Source of the DNA: an uncultured bacterium | GTDB lineage: Bacteria > Verrucomicrobiota > Verrucomicrobiia > Limisphaerales > UBA8199 | DNA: 64,000 nt | NCBI GenBank assembly: GCA_963749495.1 | Contig: CAVVMW010000021.1 | Location: forward strand, 896,001 to 960,000 | Direction of reading: 5' to 3' | Part shown: piece by piece, positions 1 to 13,100 of the stretch | How positions within the stretch are numbered: the stretch's first letter is position 1 | Layout of the letters: each line of letters begins with the position of its first letter | Notes under the pieces: model-generated | What the model was told of the DNA's origin: nothing | Databases searched by the model: none | The model's input: the letters and a program-made list of their open reading frames with translations, nothing else | Position numbers and translations under genes: made by a program

Positions 1-2499
1 GTCACGGACCTTAAGCAGAAGAATATGGTACTCGATGTCTGCTTCCACGAAAGCGAGCGTTTCTCCATCCGGAGACCACGATCCGGGAAATTGGTTGTAA
101 TCACTCTGTGTGAGCCGTTCCATTGGCGAGCTTCCGTCAGCAGACTGCCAATAAAGATTGTTGACGCCTGTCTTGAGCCAGCCAAAGACCACTCGCTGGC
201 CATCCGGGGACCAGGCAACGTGTTTTGCCGCACCTTCGGAGGTCAGTTTGGTCGCCGTGCTGCGACTCAGATCATAGACCCAGACGCATTTTTCCAATCC
301 ATAGGACAAGTAGGCGATCCGCTGGCCATCGGGTGAAAGGTGTGGAGCAAAAAACGGAGCTGTAAACGGCGCAACCTTTTCGGCCTTGCCCTGGCGATCC
401 ACCCAAACCAGTGAGTTGTGCATGTCCGGCACGATTCCCCCCAAGGCATAAACCAACAATCCTGAGCCGGAAATACTGAATTGGCCAGCGGCAGCGTCAA
501 GAGAACCACTCCCGGTATTGAGTGCCTGTGCGATGTTCTCCACCGCCGCCACCGGCTGTCCGGTAATATCAAGTCTATCCGGATCAAATGGGATGACCAG
601 CAAGGTCCCCTGCCGGAGGAAAGCCAGGTGACCGGTCATAACATAGCGGGCATCCGCCGCGTTTTCGAGCAACACGCGCCATTTTCGCGTCGCCAGTTCC
701 AAGACCGCAACACGGGGCTGCGGGTCCCAGGGGTGCCGCTTGATGGTAAACAGGATTCCTTTTCCGCCAGGCAGGCAGCAGGGCAGGTGGTGAGCGACTT
801 CCTCCTTTGACTGGTCGGCCCTCGTCAAAATCTCGACCTTTCCGCCAGCAGCGGAAATCCTGGATAACCCAGACTGGTCTCCCGACCCGAAGATGATCTG
901 GTTGTCTGCCCCCCAACTGAAGCCGCAGGGCAGTGAGACATCGCACAAAACGGTCGGAACTCCACCCTCCACCGCGACCTTCATCAGCTTACTGTCCGCC
1001 CAGAACCCGACCCAACGGTCATCAGGCGAGAGGAAGGGACTGCAACCGCCTACCGTCCCCGCGATGGGCTTGGCTTCCAGTCGGTCGAATTTCCGCAGGT
1101 ACAGGCGAGACTTGTCCTGTGCCCCGGGATTCTCCTTGACCGCGCTATAGACCATGAAACCACCATCGCTGGAGATGGCCATGGCCGTCCGTGTCGGATG
1201 GTCAAATCCGTAGGGAGCACTCCGACGCAATCCATCAAGGCAAAATCCCGGTTCCAACCTGACGAGTGAGCGCACGGCGGGCTGCACCACGCGGGAGGGC
1301 CCGGGCTTCAAGCAGTGCATCAGTGCGGCGCCCCCCCACAGCGCGAGGCCAAGAATGACCAGGCCTGCCAAAGTCAGCCGGCCGCGTGCGAACGGCCGCG
1401 ATTCGCGCAACCGTTCGCTCGGCAGCCATTCCTGCTCCTGCATCTCGATCCGCGCATCGCCGATGTCACGGAGACGTTCCTTCGGGTCTTTCTGCAGGCA
1501 TCGATGCAGCAGGTCCTTTACCTTCCAAGGCGTGGCAGCCGGCAAGGCCTGCCAGTCCGGCTCGCCCTTGAGAATCGCGGCAAAGATTTCCGTTATGGTC
1601 TCGCCCGCAAACGCCTTTTCTCCGGTGAGACACTCGTAGAGAATGCAACCGAAGGCCCAGATGTCGGTGCGCTTGTCCAGTGGTTTGCCTGTCGCTTGTT
1701 CTGGACTCATGTAAGCGGCAGTTCCGAGAATCGCGCCGGGGTGGTTCATCTGCTCCGTCAGCGTCGAAGCTCGGCGAGATCGTCCGGCAGCGGTTCCCGG
1801 CAGAACTCCTTGGCCAGCCCAAAATCCAGGATTTTGACCTTGCCATCCGGTGTGATCTTGATGTTCGCAGGCTTCAGGTCGCGATGGAGAATCCCTTTCT
1901 CATGCGCCGCCTCCAGTCCTTCGGCAATCTGCCGGCAGAGACCGAGCGTCTCCTCCGGTGGAGTACGCCCTCGCTGCAGTCGCTCGGCCAGCGTCTGGCC
2001 CTCCACCAGTTCCAGAACCAGAAAGCGCGTCCCTTCCGATTCCTCCAGCCCATGAATGGTGGCGATGTTAGGATGGTTCAGTGCCGCCAACATCCGCGCT
2101 TCCCGTTCCAGGCGCGCCAACCTCTCGGCGTCGAAGCTGGATTGCGCCGGCAGCACCTTCAAGGCCACCGCCCGCCGCAGCCTCTGGTCCCGAGCCCGGT
2201 AAACCTCTCCCATCCCGCCTGCCCCGATCAATGCCTCCACCTCGTAGAGGCCCAACCGCGTCCCAACGAGCGAAGCTTTGCCCGGCTTGCGCCCAGGCGC
2301 CAGGCCCAACGGCTCGGCTCCCGGCTGGGCAGGGACAAAGGCCGTAGCCCGACGCGTTTCCACCATCGACTCGACCTCCCGGCGCAGGTCCTCATCCTCT
2401 CCACAGGCCTGTTCTCAAAAAGGCAGCTTGATTCTCCTGGGGCTGCTCCAGGAGTGCCCTGCAGATTTCTTCAGTCTCCTTCGAACGATCAGGCTTCAC
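1..2499 (-). CDS. Ser/Thr protein kinase with TM segment and C-terminal TolB/PD40-like beta-propeller repeats (frameshifted; runs off the window start)
   Basis: ORF 1758-2366 has [22 protein letters not shown] and DFGLAK motifs. A GTG at 2499 follows GGAG, and the N-terminus reads ...[20 protein letters not shown]. Downstream frames give a TM segment and SPDG-type repeats. Several indels. Confidence 0.85.
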
Positions 2500-2580
2500 G
2501 GGAGATGCTCCGTCTCATCACCTTTTGAGCCGGGCCCATCGCAGGCACCCCTCCACTGAGAGCATGTCCGAGAAATGGTG

Positions 2581-2631
2581 GTGGCAGGGGCGTCTCGCCC
2601 CTGTCTTCTACGGGCGAGACGCCCGAGCCAC
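2581..2631. repeat. REP-like palindrome pair (GGGCGTCTCGCCC / GGGCGAGACGCCC)
   Basis: gtggcaggggcgtctcgcccctg...cgggcgagacgcccgagccac forms an inverted pair. Confidence 0.7.
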
Positions 2632-2813
2632 AATTATTCGGACACGCTCTAACTTGGACTCCAAGATCGCCGTCCAACGGACTTGCTGCCCTTATTTCAA
2701 GAGGGCCAATGACACGGCAGGAAGTCCAGGCGCCCATGAGGGGAGCTTAAAACCCTGCCTCGGAAAGTCAATCGCCAATCCCGCGCCCCAGGCTAATGAT
2801 TGGTAAGGCCTCA

Positions 2814-2931
2814 GAAGGTGTGAAAAAATCGTTTTGTGGCGCCAAGGGCCGCAAGAAATCTTCAAAATCCCCAGGAAAACAGGGGGATGTTTTTGGGGAT
2901 GATGCCCGTTTTGGCATTTTTTCACACCTTC
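2814..2931. mobile_element. 118-bp MITE-like element
   Basis: Perfect terminal inverted repeat GAAGGTGTGAAAAAAT at both ends, flanked by TCA direct repeats (2811-2813, 2932-2934); no coding capacity. Confidence 0.7.
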
Positions 2932-2990
2932 TCAGGGAAAGCGGGAGCGCCACTGGGCGCATCTGCCAAGAACCACCACGGGAGAGGCAA

Positions 2991-3210
2991 CCCGGAGGGT
3001 TGCCAAAAGGTAGCCGGGGGTCGCGGCCTCGCCGCGACCCCCGGTTGACTGCGTTCGAGGGTCCTGCACCCCGGATGGGGTGCCAGAAAGGAGCGTCCGT
3101 GCGGGTCAGCCTCTGGCATCCCTCCGGGATGCAAACGCACGCCGCCGCTTGACCGGGGGTCTCGCTGCGCTTCGACCCCCGGCTTACCTTCTCTCATCCC
3201 TCCGGGATGA
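2991..3210. repeat. REP/REPIN-like cluster next to the Y1 transposase
   Basis: CCCGGAGGG(A/T)TGC / CATCCCTCCGGGATG units in both orientations plus CCGGGGGTC...GACCCCCGG hairpins. Confidence 0.75.
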
Positions 3211-3236
3211 GCTGCAGCCTCGCGGCCGCCTTCGCA

Positions 3237-3681
3237 TCAGAGCAGACACTTTGGATCGGTACTCGACGCCGTGCTTCTCCAATAGCTCGATCAACTCCTC
3301 CTTGAAACTTTTCTTCCGATGGTGCTCCAACTGGCGCTCGATGTAACGGTCCACCCTTTCAACCAGGCTCGCGCTCACGGCGAAGATCGAGTAGCCCTCC
3401 TGCCACGCGAACTGGGGTTCGCAACTCTCGCCTGCCCATTTGGAAGTCGCTTTTTTCAGCTCACGCGTGAAGTCTGCAATGCAGTGCGTAGGCTTGAGCC
3501 CGATGAGTCCGTGGACGTGGTCTTCGACCCCCCCGACCTTGAGTGCCACGCCTCCCAGGCCACGCACTGCGCCGCCGAGATACTCGAAAAAACGCCCCCG
3601 CCACTCGGCCCGCATGCAAGGGCGGCGATCCTTTGTCGAGCAAATCCAATGGTAATGAAGGCTGTAGTACGTGGAACCCAT
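3237..3681 (-). CDS. tnpA: IS200/IS605-family Y1 (HUH) transposase, REP-associated (RAYT-like)
   Basis: LHYHWICSTKDR N-terminus, HUH motif EDHVH, FAWQEGY, VDRYI catalytic Tyr region. Removing one base near 3258 gives the usual end GVEYDPKCLL*. Confidence 0.88.
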
Positions 3682-3747
3682 GCCGCGAGCATAGCCCGCC
3701 GGCTCAGGTGCGTAAACAGGAATTCGGCTCGCTGGGCGTCACTGCGG

Positions 3748-3933
3748 GCGGACCCCTCACCCCGGCCCTCTCCCCACCCGCTGCGAGGGCGCGGCAGCGC
3801 GGCGAGTCGGATGGGGAGAGGGAGAATTCTCCGCAGCCGCTCGAGGGACCAGAGATGCCCGGAAGTACAAGAGACTGCCGACACTTCTCCCTCTCCCCGT
3901 CGGACGGGGAGAGGGTTGGGGTGAGGGGTCCGC
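3748..3933. repeat. CCCCTCACCCC..CTCTCCCC / GGGGAGAGGG..GGGGTGAGGGG palindromic repeat pair
   Basis: Outer inverted repeat gcggacccctcacccc / ggggtgaggggtccgc with internal ctctcccc...ggggagag hairpins. Confidence 0.75.
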
Positions 3934-4197
3934 CGGGGACTCTGTTTCCGCCTTCACTGACCGGCTACTTGCGTCGGGTTTTTCACTTGCACTGCGCTGC
4001 CGGTGCTGGAACTATTGCCTGAGTTCCCAGGAAACGCGTCAGGACCGCAGGCTGTTGGCGCGGCCGCTCTGGCTGTGGGGTCATCGGATAACTGACTCAG
4101 CAAGGCAGGCAGAGCACGCCGAAGAAGGTGGCTGACGACAAATGGGGTTGGCCCGGCACACGGTGGAGTTGCGGGCCCCCGTGCCAGAAATGCTCTG

Positions 4198-7100
4198 ATG
4201 ATTGCAAGCCGCCTGATTCGATGGTGGGTGAGCACGGTGGTGCTGACCGCAATTCCCACCCTGTCCGCTGGGCAGCAAGCCCAAACCGCGGCAGGCGCAG
4301 AACCAGCCGGCGCCTGGAATCGGGACGTGGCGGCCCGGGCCGCCGTCCTCTTCCAGCAACTCCCGGCCACCGTTTTCCACTATGAGGATCTGCCGGAAGC
4401 CGAAGCAACTCGGTTGCTGCGGGCCGGAGCCGCCTATCGGCGGTTGATCCGCGAAAAACTGGAGGGGAAATGGTTCGCGGCTTTGGTGGCGGCGGAGGAT
4501 TCCGAATCGTATGCTATCCGGGCTCGATTTGAGACCTGGCGGGAGTTGCTGGAGTTTCTGGCGGAAGAGAACGCGTTGGTCGAGGTTTGGGCTTGCACGG
4601 AAGCCGGCACCGCCAAGGCGCGCCGGCTGCACGGCGGGGGAGTTGGCTGAACTCAAGCATCAGGCGCACGAGCCGCCCACCGTGACCACCGTGACCTGGC
4701 GGGAGGCTGGGGCAGGCCGAACGGTGAGTTGCAACCTCGAGTTCGGCTTCCAGGCTGCCGAAACCGTGCGCGCCGCCAATGAGGCCTACCAGCGTCATCG
4801 GCGTTACCAACTCAGCGCACAGCGGGCGCTGGGCGCCCGCAACGCCAAGGGGCTGCCCGACGCAGTTGCGCAATGGGAGGCGCTCCAGGCGGAAATTCAG
4901 GCCGAGCACCTGCCGGTGGCGACGCTCCCGCCCTGGCCCGCCGGCTCGAGGACCTCTTCGTCGCGGTCGAGTTCGAAGTGGATGAGCGGAACAACTTCGT
5001 CAAGGTGAATGGTTTCTACCGCGGCAGCGAAGTGGGCAAACAGGTCATCGCCGGAACCCAAGTTCTGTTTCTCCAGCGCGCAGGGGCAAGAGCTCGGCGG
5101 CAAGTCATGGGGTTTCGTTCGCCGGTGGGCGGCGGGCCGTTGGAGCCCGTGGCCAACCCGCTCCTGGGCCGGGACGTGGTGGAACTGCGGGTGAAGGACC
5201 CGGCGCAAGGCGACCCGAAGCAGTGGCCGGTGGTGGAGTTTGGCGAGCCTGAGGTGTTGAAGCAATCCGCCCTGGCCCACTTCGCCCAGCTCAATGCCTA
5301 CCTGGAGCGCCAGCAGCTCTCGCAACTCATGAAGCAGGCCAACCTGGCCCTGGTCGCCGAGCCGATCATTGCCGCGTTGAATATCGGCGGAGGGATAGCG
5401 GGCTTGGGTTTTCCCGCCGGAGAAGCCGCCCGGCTGCCCTACAACCTGATCACCTGGAAGCTCATCGCCAGCGTGCCCTCGGCCAAACAGATGCGCGAGC
5501 TCTTCGCGGTGATGGCGGCGCGGGACCGAAATCCGCAGGTGAAGGTAAAGCCGGAGCGCTACTTGAGCCGGCAGGACATTCGGGTGTTGCAGGAGGCCGG
5601 GCGCAAGCTCACGGACCAGGAGGTTCAGACCTACCTTGAAACCATGAGTGAGGAGGACATTCGCGCGATGCTCCGCCTGGCCCGGCAGGGAATGTTCGAC
5701 GCCAAAGTGACCACCTTCCTCAACCAACTCACCAGCGCCTTCAAAGTAAGCGGCCTCGCGGATGAGGCCGGACCGATTCGGGACATTTTCAACAACGTCC
5801 GGTTCGCGGTCAACGGCGACATCAATTTGAGCACGTTGCTGCTGATCGCGCTGGACCGACGAGGAATGACCCCGCTCGCCGGCGTGTCGCTCGAGCAACT
5901 GAGCCGCGGGCAGGGTCCGGCCGAGGCCTGGTTCCAATACCTCCTGGTCAGCGTCAATGTCCGCGCCGTGCTCAACACCCTGGTGCGCCTGACCAAGCCG
6001 ACCTACGCCAAGAAGGAACTGGAGATGCCCTTCCCTTACGCGCCGCGGCTCACCGACTTGGCGGCTTACGAAGTGCGGATTTTTGGGTTTCCGCTGCTGA
6101 TGTTCTACAAGCGGGGCCTGATCAAAGCCGATCGGGATGCTTACGAACAGGACTATGCCTTTGGTTTGCGCGGGGTAAGACTGGTGGAGCACTTCCGCAC
6201 GCGCGAGGAGATGGAGGCCGAGATTCAGGCGGGCCGGATGTTCCCGTTGGGCCTGGTGCGAGTGCCCTCGGCCAAGGGGGGCTGGAAAGAGACCGACCTG
6301 GTGGTCTATGCGCATCGGATTCCAGCGGGCAAGCATCGGGGCAAGACGGCCTTGGTCATTTACGGACTCAAGGCCTATGCGGAGTATTCGGAGCTCATCG
6401 CGCGCGACCTGATCCGTTTTCGCCAATATGAACGTGGATTGCGGGAGGGGGCCGTCATCGAACAAATAATCCGAGAGTCGGGGGCGGGGGCCTCACCGGC
6501 GACCGCCTTCGAGCCCGTGATCCACGCGGGGCCCGAAGCGGTGCAGTCGTTTTATGACCCCCTGTTTGGGGCCCTGCTCGAGGTGCGGCGCAACCGGCTG
6601 CGGCAGTCCTGGGGGCTGCCGGCCGATGAATCGGCATTGAACCGGGCGCAACAGGAACTGGCCTCGCGTGGCGTTCGCCTCGGGCCAGGCGACCCGTTGG
6701 CGAAGGTGGATGCTCACAACAGCAGCTTCATTTACCGCCGGCAAGTCGCGGGCCGGGAACAGCAGGTCCGAGTAACGCACATTCCCAGCCTGGCCGAGGT
6801 TGACTCGGAAATGCAGAAGTCCGAGGAAGGAAAAGTGATCGAGGAACTGCGGCGTGAAGCGGCCGCGGGTCGGAGCGCCGGCGTCGTGCTGTTGAATGAG
6901 GTCCGGGAAGTGGGCGGGCGCCTCGAATTGGGGCCTCTGTTGCGCAATGCGCGGGGACAGGTGGCCGGGGCGGGGGTGGCCAGCGGGGCGAAGGCGGTGG
7001 CGGAGGTTTTCGAGCTGATCAACCGCCTGCCCGTCGCGGACCGCACGCGGTTACAGGCCAATCACTTTGCGGCCACGGCGGTCGAACTGGACCGCGAGGG

Positions 7101-10100
7101 CCAAGGGAAGCAGAGGGTTTTTCTCACCGTGGAATTCCCCGTGGGAGAGGTTTGGCAGGACTGGACCAACTCGCTTACGGGGGAACGAGAAGTCCGCATC
7201 TACGAAAGCGGACTGTGGCGGAAGACCGTCACCGGCCGGCGGATCGTCGAGTTAAGCTATGACGAGCGGAACGTGGAGGCGCGCAGCCGGGCCTATTTCA
7301 ACCGGGGCAGCCTCGAGGCCCCTGTCTGCGGAGCGTTGCTGGAGGAGACGCGCACGCTGGAATCCTGGCAGCGGGACCTCACCCAACCGGGAGTGGACCC
7401 CTACCGCCCGATTATCGCCAAGCTGCGGGTCAACTACGTGACGGGCGAATTCAGGCGGGAGACCTACGGGTTGTTCGCCCTTCCAATCGAGATTGTGGAT
7501 GAGCAGTATGTCACCCGGAACCGCTACACGCCGTACGGGATATTGGCCTCGGCCACGGTCTTCGAAAACGGGCGCGAAGAGAATGACGCCGCGCGCTCCG
7601 GGCCCGACCGTTTGCTCCGGGCAGAGGCCGGCCGCCCCAGGGCCGAACTGGTTTGCAAGCTGCCCGCCAACAGTGAGCCCACCGGCTTAGCGGCTGCCGG
7701 GCACTACATCATCCTCGAGCGGAAAGACCTGGTCAAAGGGCTGGTGTCCACCCAGACCTGGGATAATGCCCACTTCGGCCGGAAAATGACCGAGGACATC
7801 GAGGACAGGGTTGACGGCACGCAGTCGTTCGTATCCAGGGTGACGTGGGAGTATGATGCGGATTATTATTTCGGCTTGGTGCCCGCGCGGGCGACGACGC
7901 ACAGCCTGGCCTCGGGCGCGCTCTTGGCCGAAGTGACCACCCTGAGCTTTGACCCGGGGCGACGCCGCTTGGTCGGCCTCGAGGTGAGCTACACCGGCCA
8001 GGTCCGGACGAACACCTGGGATTATCGCTGGTCCAACCCGGTCGAGGCGGAGACACCCCAGCGGAGGATCACCCAGGAGTACAATCGCGATGAAACGGAG
8101 ACGCGCACCCGCACGGTAATCAAGAGCACAGGCGAAACTCTCGACCAGGGGACGGGCCGCTACAACGCCGGCACCAGGAGCTGGCAGGTGATACGGCAGG
8201 TATGGTACGGCCCGGACATACCCGATCACACCGAGACCAACCTCTACAGCGCGTTGGGAAAACTGATGAGCGTCCGGGTCGGGGAGGCCTTCGAGACGCG
8301 GCCCAGCTATACGCCCGATGGGAAGGAGCAGGCCAGCCGGACCTTCCGGCCAGACGCCGCCACCGGGCGCTTCGAGGTGCTCTGCCGCCAGGAGGATGAT
8401 TATCATTGGAACTCCGGGCGGCGCGAGGCCCGGGTCCGCCTGTTCGTGGACGGAACGGTGGCGGATGAGTACCGTACCGTTGCGGACGCCCAAGGGAGGA
8501 TCGTGGAAGAGGGTTTGCGCGACTGGCCGCAGCTTGAACTCCGGACCCGGCGCACCTATGACGGGCAGAGCCAACGGGTGCTGAAGGTGGAGGTGCTGCA
8601 GAACGGCCAAATCCGGTCCACGCACCAAGTCCTCGGTCTGGTGCCTCGACCCGGCGGCGGGTGGTGGCAAAAAGTGGCGGTGACGCCAGCCTGGGGCCTG
8701 GCCTTTACCAATAGCTTCCTGGTTGGAGATCCCTTGGGCCGATTGGTCGAGACCGAATTCGAAAACGGAGACCGGGCACGGGTGGTGGGTTGGGTGGCAG
8801 GCAGTGCCATCGCCCAAAACACCGAGGTGCGGGACCGGCACGGCCACGTCAAGGAGCGCTGGGTCAAAGAGGCGCAGGGAGGTGTCGCCGAGGGGTTGCC
8901 TTATGACCTCGTGAAGCGATATAAGATCAGCCCCTGGGGCGATGCCGGCTTGGTGGAGGAGAAGGCGACGGTGCGCGGAACGGACGTGGCGTTGTTTAGC
9001 GATAAGGGTGGTGAACGGCTGTATTTCGATCGGTCAAAGAACTATGAGTCTCCCCATTATGCAGTGGATACCACGGGCCAGTTCGGTATCGAGGCGAGTC
9101 TGGCCGACGGAGCCAGATCCCATGTGACGGCGGTCTGGGTGTCCCGCCTCGTCCAGCAAGGGGGTAGTTCGGAGACCAATCGGGCCGCCGAACGGAAGAT
9201 GGAACTCACGGGCTTGGATTTGCACGGCTTACTGTATCACCCGTTTACCCGGCGGATCGTCGATGGCGCGGGCAACCTTCTGGAAGCGGTGGGTGGCAAG
9301 GTGCGGAATTTGAGGGCGCGCGGCTATTCGGAGGCCAATATAGTTGGAGAACTCGCGCTGGCTCGGGCCCTTCGGAGGACAGTTTATGGTTACCACCGGG
9401 CCTGGGTGGTGGGCCAAGCGGATCCGGCGGCCGGGCAAGCGTTGGTGGTATCGCCGAAGCCGCCCAAGCCAGGGGCCGGCGCCTGGAGCGTAAATGAAAT
9501 GGGCTGGCGCGAACTGCCGACGGAGGCCTACAGCTACCGGTTGGATGCTTCGGGCTCCAGGACCAAAGGCGGAACCAGTTTCCGTTTGGTTCGCCGGCTC
9601 TCCGCCCCACGGTTCCTCAAAGAGAACCGCCATCTCCCCGGCGTGACCAACGTTTGGCTGGCTTGGTCCACCACTGACTTCAGTGGCGCCGGAGTCGCGC
9701 TCTTCGAGTCGGAATTGATCCAGGATGCCCAGGGAGAACTCAGCACCCTGGTCACGCGCAAACCCAATAGCCAAGGAGAGCCGGGGGACAAGATCGTGTA
9801 TCGCCTGCCACGTCCATCGCCGGGAGATTGGCGAGCCGTGGGCACGCCAGTGGGGACGGACCGGGCACGCCTGGGCCTGGGCGGCCCGGACGACCTTTCG
9901 GGGTGTGATTTTGTTGCCTTTTATGCCCAGATCCCCAGGGCAGCCCGCCTCGCCTTGAGGCTGCAAGATGTGAGGCATCGCTCCATGCGGGTGGTCGAGT
10001 CGGGTGGGGCCGGAGGCCCGGACGCGGCCCAGTTCTGGCCGGTGGGACAAGTGTGCTGGCTGCCAAACGAGAATCTGCCCCGCCATGGCGCGGCAGTTTC

Positions 10101-13100
10101 GGCCCCGCCGGACCTGGTGGCCGAGGGCGCGGTCTTTGTGGTGCCCATCGCCGAACTGGTTCGGGCTGGTCTGGAAGTGGCTCACTTGGCCTCGTGCGAA
10201 TTGGAGGTCGTGAATGCCGGAACTCAACCGGTTCGAGCGACGCCGATCTTCAAGCTGGCAAGTGGGGGACGGTTCCGAGCGTCGCCAGCGAGTCTGGACT
10301 TCACCTATGAAACGCGGGCTTACTCGAGCGGGTTGACGATGCTCCGGCGGAACAGGGCCAATCTCACAACGGCCCAAGTGCGGAAAGGCATCGGCTGGAA
10401 TGCTCTCCTGGGATACGGCCGCGGTCGGGTGGCGGTGTTGAACCCGCGCGTCGAACCTCCCTATTATTCGATTTTGACAGTAACCGATGACTCCGACCCG
10501 GACCGCCCTTGGCCGCTTTACGCTTTGGCCGCCGAGGATGGGGCCTTCCTGGAGTACTACCAGACGGAGGGGGTGGGCGATATTCAGGTATATACCGTTG
10601 CCAATGGGTTGGGGACGCCCAAAATGGAGGTCTTTCGCGGCGGTGTTCTGGACGATGAAATCACCCCGGGCATTCTGGCGTTCGGGCACGGTTACTATGT
10701 GAGCCTGCCCCTGGCCAAGGCCAGGGGCGGACTCTCGAGTGTGTTTGCGCGGTTGCACAACCGGTGCGTAGCCAGTGCCTTCGCTTTGGGCGCAGACAAC
10801 TTGTTGCGCGCGGTGTTTAACTTTGACCGCATCCCAACCGAATTGCGGCAGGTAACCGGAGAGCACGGCGCCGCCGCCTCGCAGGCGCGGGTCATTGACC
10901 AGTTGCCCACCCTGGCGGGGGCGCTGGTTCCGCGACGGCGGCTCCCGTGGGGGCAGACCGGCCCTGCGCCGCCGGTCCCCGGCGTGTTGGAGGTGCAAAC
11001 CAATTGGCTGCGCACCCACCTGAGCCAGCTCTCGGGCTCTATCTCGAAACCAAGCTGATTCCTACCTCACCCGGCACGGGAGCGGCGCGGTATGTGGACA
11101 CGGTGCAGGAGGCCGCGTTGATCGAACTGGCGGTGAAATTGCGGGAGCCGGCGCTGGCGAGGGACTTGCTGGCCTTCTATTGCGAAAAGTCGCAGGGCGG
11201 CGCCCGCCCGCTTCATGACTGCTACGACGCGGAGACGGGAGCGTCGCTCACGCAGGAGGCGCGCTATGCGCGGCCGAGCGACGCGGCCAAAACTGCCCGG
11301 GCGCAGTTGGCGATGGCGGAGGCGGCGTTCTGCCTCGGGACCGCCACCGGCGACCGGAACACACTGGAGTTCGGCCGGCGCCTGGTCGATTTGGTGCTGC
11401 CAAAGTTTCGGCCGAGCACGAACGACACGGCGTGGCCGGCAGGCATCGCCGAGAGCGAGGTTCGGGCCTTGAGAAGGCTTCCCGGGCTGACGTTGTGGCC
11501 CGAGCCGAAGCGTTTTTCGGTGGGCAGCAATGCGCGCGCCTATCTGCCTCTTCGCGCGGTTGGCGGAGCAGGCGCCGAGCTATCCTTTCGGGCCCGAATG
11601 GCGGCAGCAAATGTTGGAGGCGGCGCGCGAGCAGGCGGCTTGGCTGACCAATCGGATCGGGGTGTGTGCGCAGACCGCCGGCGTGGTTCCGCGGGGCTTA
11701 TTCGAACTCCAGGACGTGCATCGCGAGACCCTGGCCTTGGCGACGGAGCTCTGGAGCGCCACCGATGACTGGCTGGATTTTATCGAAGCGGCGGACCGTT
11801 TGGGGGTGAGCAAGGAACTCACCCGGGGCTGGTTAGACAATCTGGCGCGAGCCCATGGCGTCACTGTGGAGGGGAACTGGGGCCTGGATTGGGTCATCCC
11901 GTTGCAGCGGCCGGAGGCAATCTCAGTGGTGCTGACAGCCAAATTCCTGCGCGTGGCGCGGCTGCTGGGATACGATGCCGCGGCCGATTTTGCCCAGTGG
12001 AATCTGGGCCGCCTGCGGCAGGGGGACAAGTGGCCGGCGCTGGTCACGGCCGCCAGCACGAATGCGCCGCTGGCCACCGGTCTAGGCCCCGAGATCTATC
12101 CGGCTGAAACCGGTCTTCCGGGCAAGCGGAAAGGAGGCGGGACCTCGGCGCAACTTCGTCCACCGGCCATGGCCGCGGCGGATGAAAGCCAGCAGCCCGC
12201 GGTTTCGGGCTGGCCCGAGACGCTGGGGGTGTACGCCGAATTGGCAGATCCCGCCTGGCCGGCCAGGCTGCCACCAGTGAGTGCGCTGGAACTGCGCCCC
12301 GAGCCGGAGCCGGATATCACACAGTTCCTGTGGACCGCCGCCGGATTCTATCTGAGCCTGGTGGGGGTTGCGTTGTTTTGGTGGGGCCTGAGCTACGCGC
12401 GCCGCCGCCGCCGGAAGCTGGCCCCTGCCGGCGATTCGGGGCTGCTGGTTTCGGAGGAGGTGATGCGCCGGGCCGAGGAGCGGTGGGCCAAACGTGTGTT
12501 GGGGATGAGCATCCCGGCAGGGGCGGAGCATTCGCGCTATTGCAACGGCGCCATCGAGCAGAACTTCCATATCCAGTTGCGGGCGAGCTATAAGCTGGTC
12601 CTGGAGTGGCGGCGCGTTGTCAACGGTTGGTCCGAGAGCGATGAGCGGCTCGTCGAGGGGGGGGGCGATGAATGGCTCAACGGTCTGGATGAATTCGCGG
12701 TGCTGGTCGGCATTTATATGCGCTGGGTGGTGAAGGCGGGCCGGAAGGACGGGCTGCCCCAGAGCGATGTCTTGCTCGAAAACGAGGACAGCAACCATAT
12801 CTGGTCGCGGTTGGTCATGTATTTTTCCGAGTCTCATCTCCGGCTGCTGGCCTTGATAAAGGAGTTTAAGGCCAACCCCGCCACGGCAGCGGTCCTCGGG
12901 GTGAACGACCAGATCGAGCTGGTGCTGCGGATGATGGGGGTGCGGGCCCGGACTGACCCTTTGATGCCCGCGAAGGATTCGATGCGCCCGCCGGCGCGTC
13001 GGCGCTCGACCTGCTGATGCTGCAACTGCCGGGCGCGAGCCTGGCGCGGGTGGTCGAGGAAATGGAGCGCAAGTGGGATGTGCCCGTCGAGCATGTGGTA

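Noticed and set aside
3184..3930. IS605 element with TnpB/omega-RNA
   Set aside because: No tnpB is adjacent; the flanks are REP-like palindromes.
4897..11019. Long minus-strand ORFs (522, 386 and 596 aa)
   Set aside because: Antisense shadows of the GC-rich giant gene, with no recognisable motifs.
7100..11058. RHS polymorphic toxin with immunity gene
   Set aside because: No RHS core or DPxG cleavage motif; the frame continues into glycosidase-like and synthase domains.
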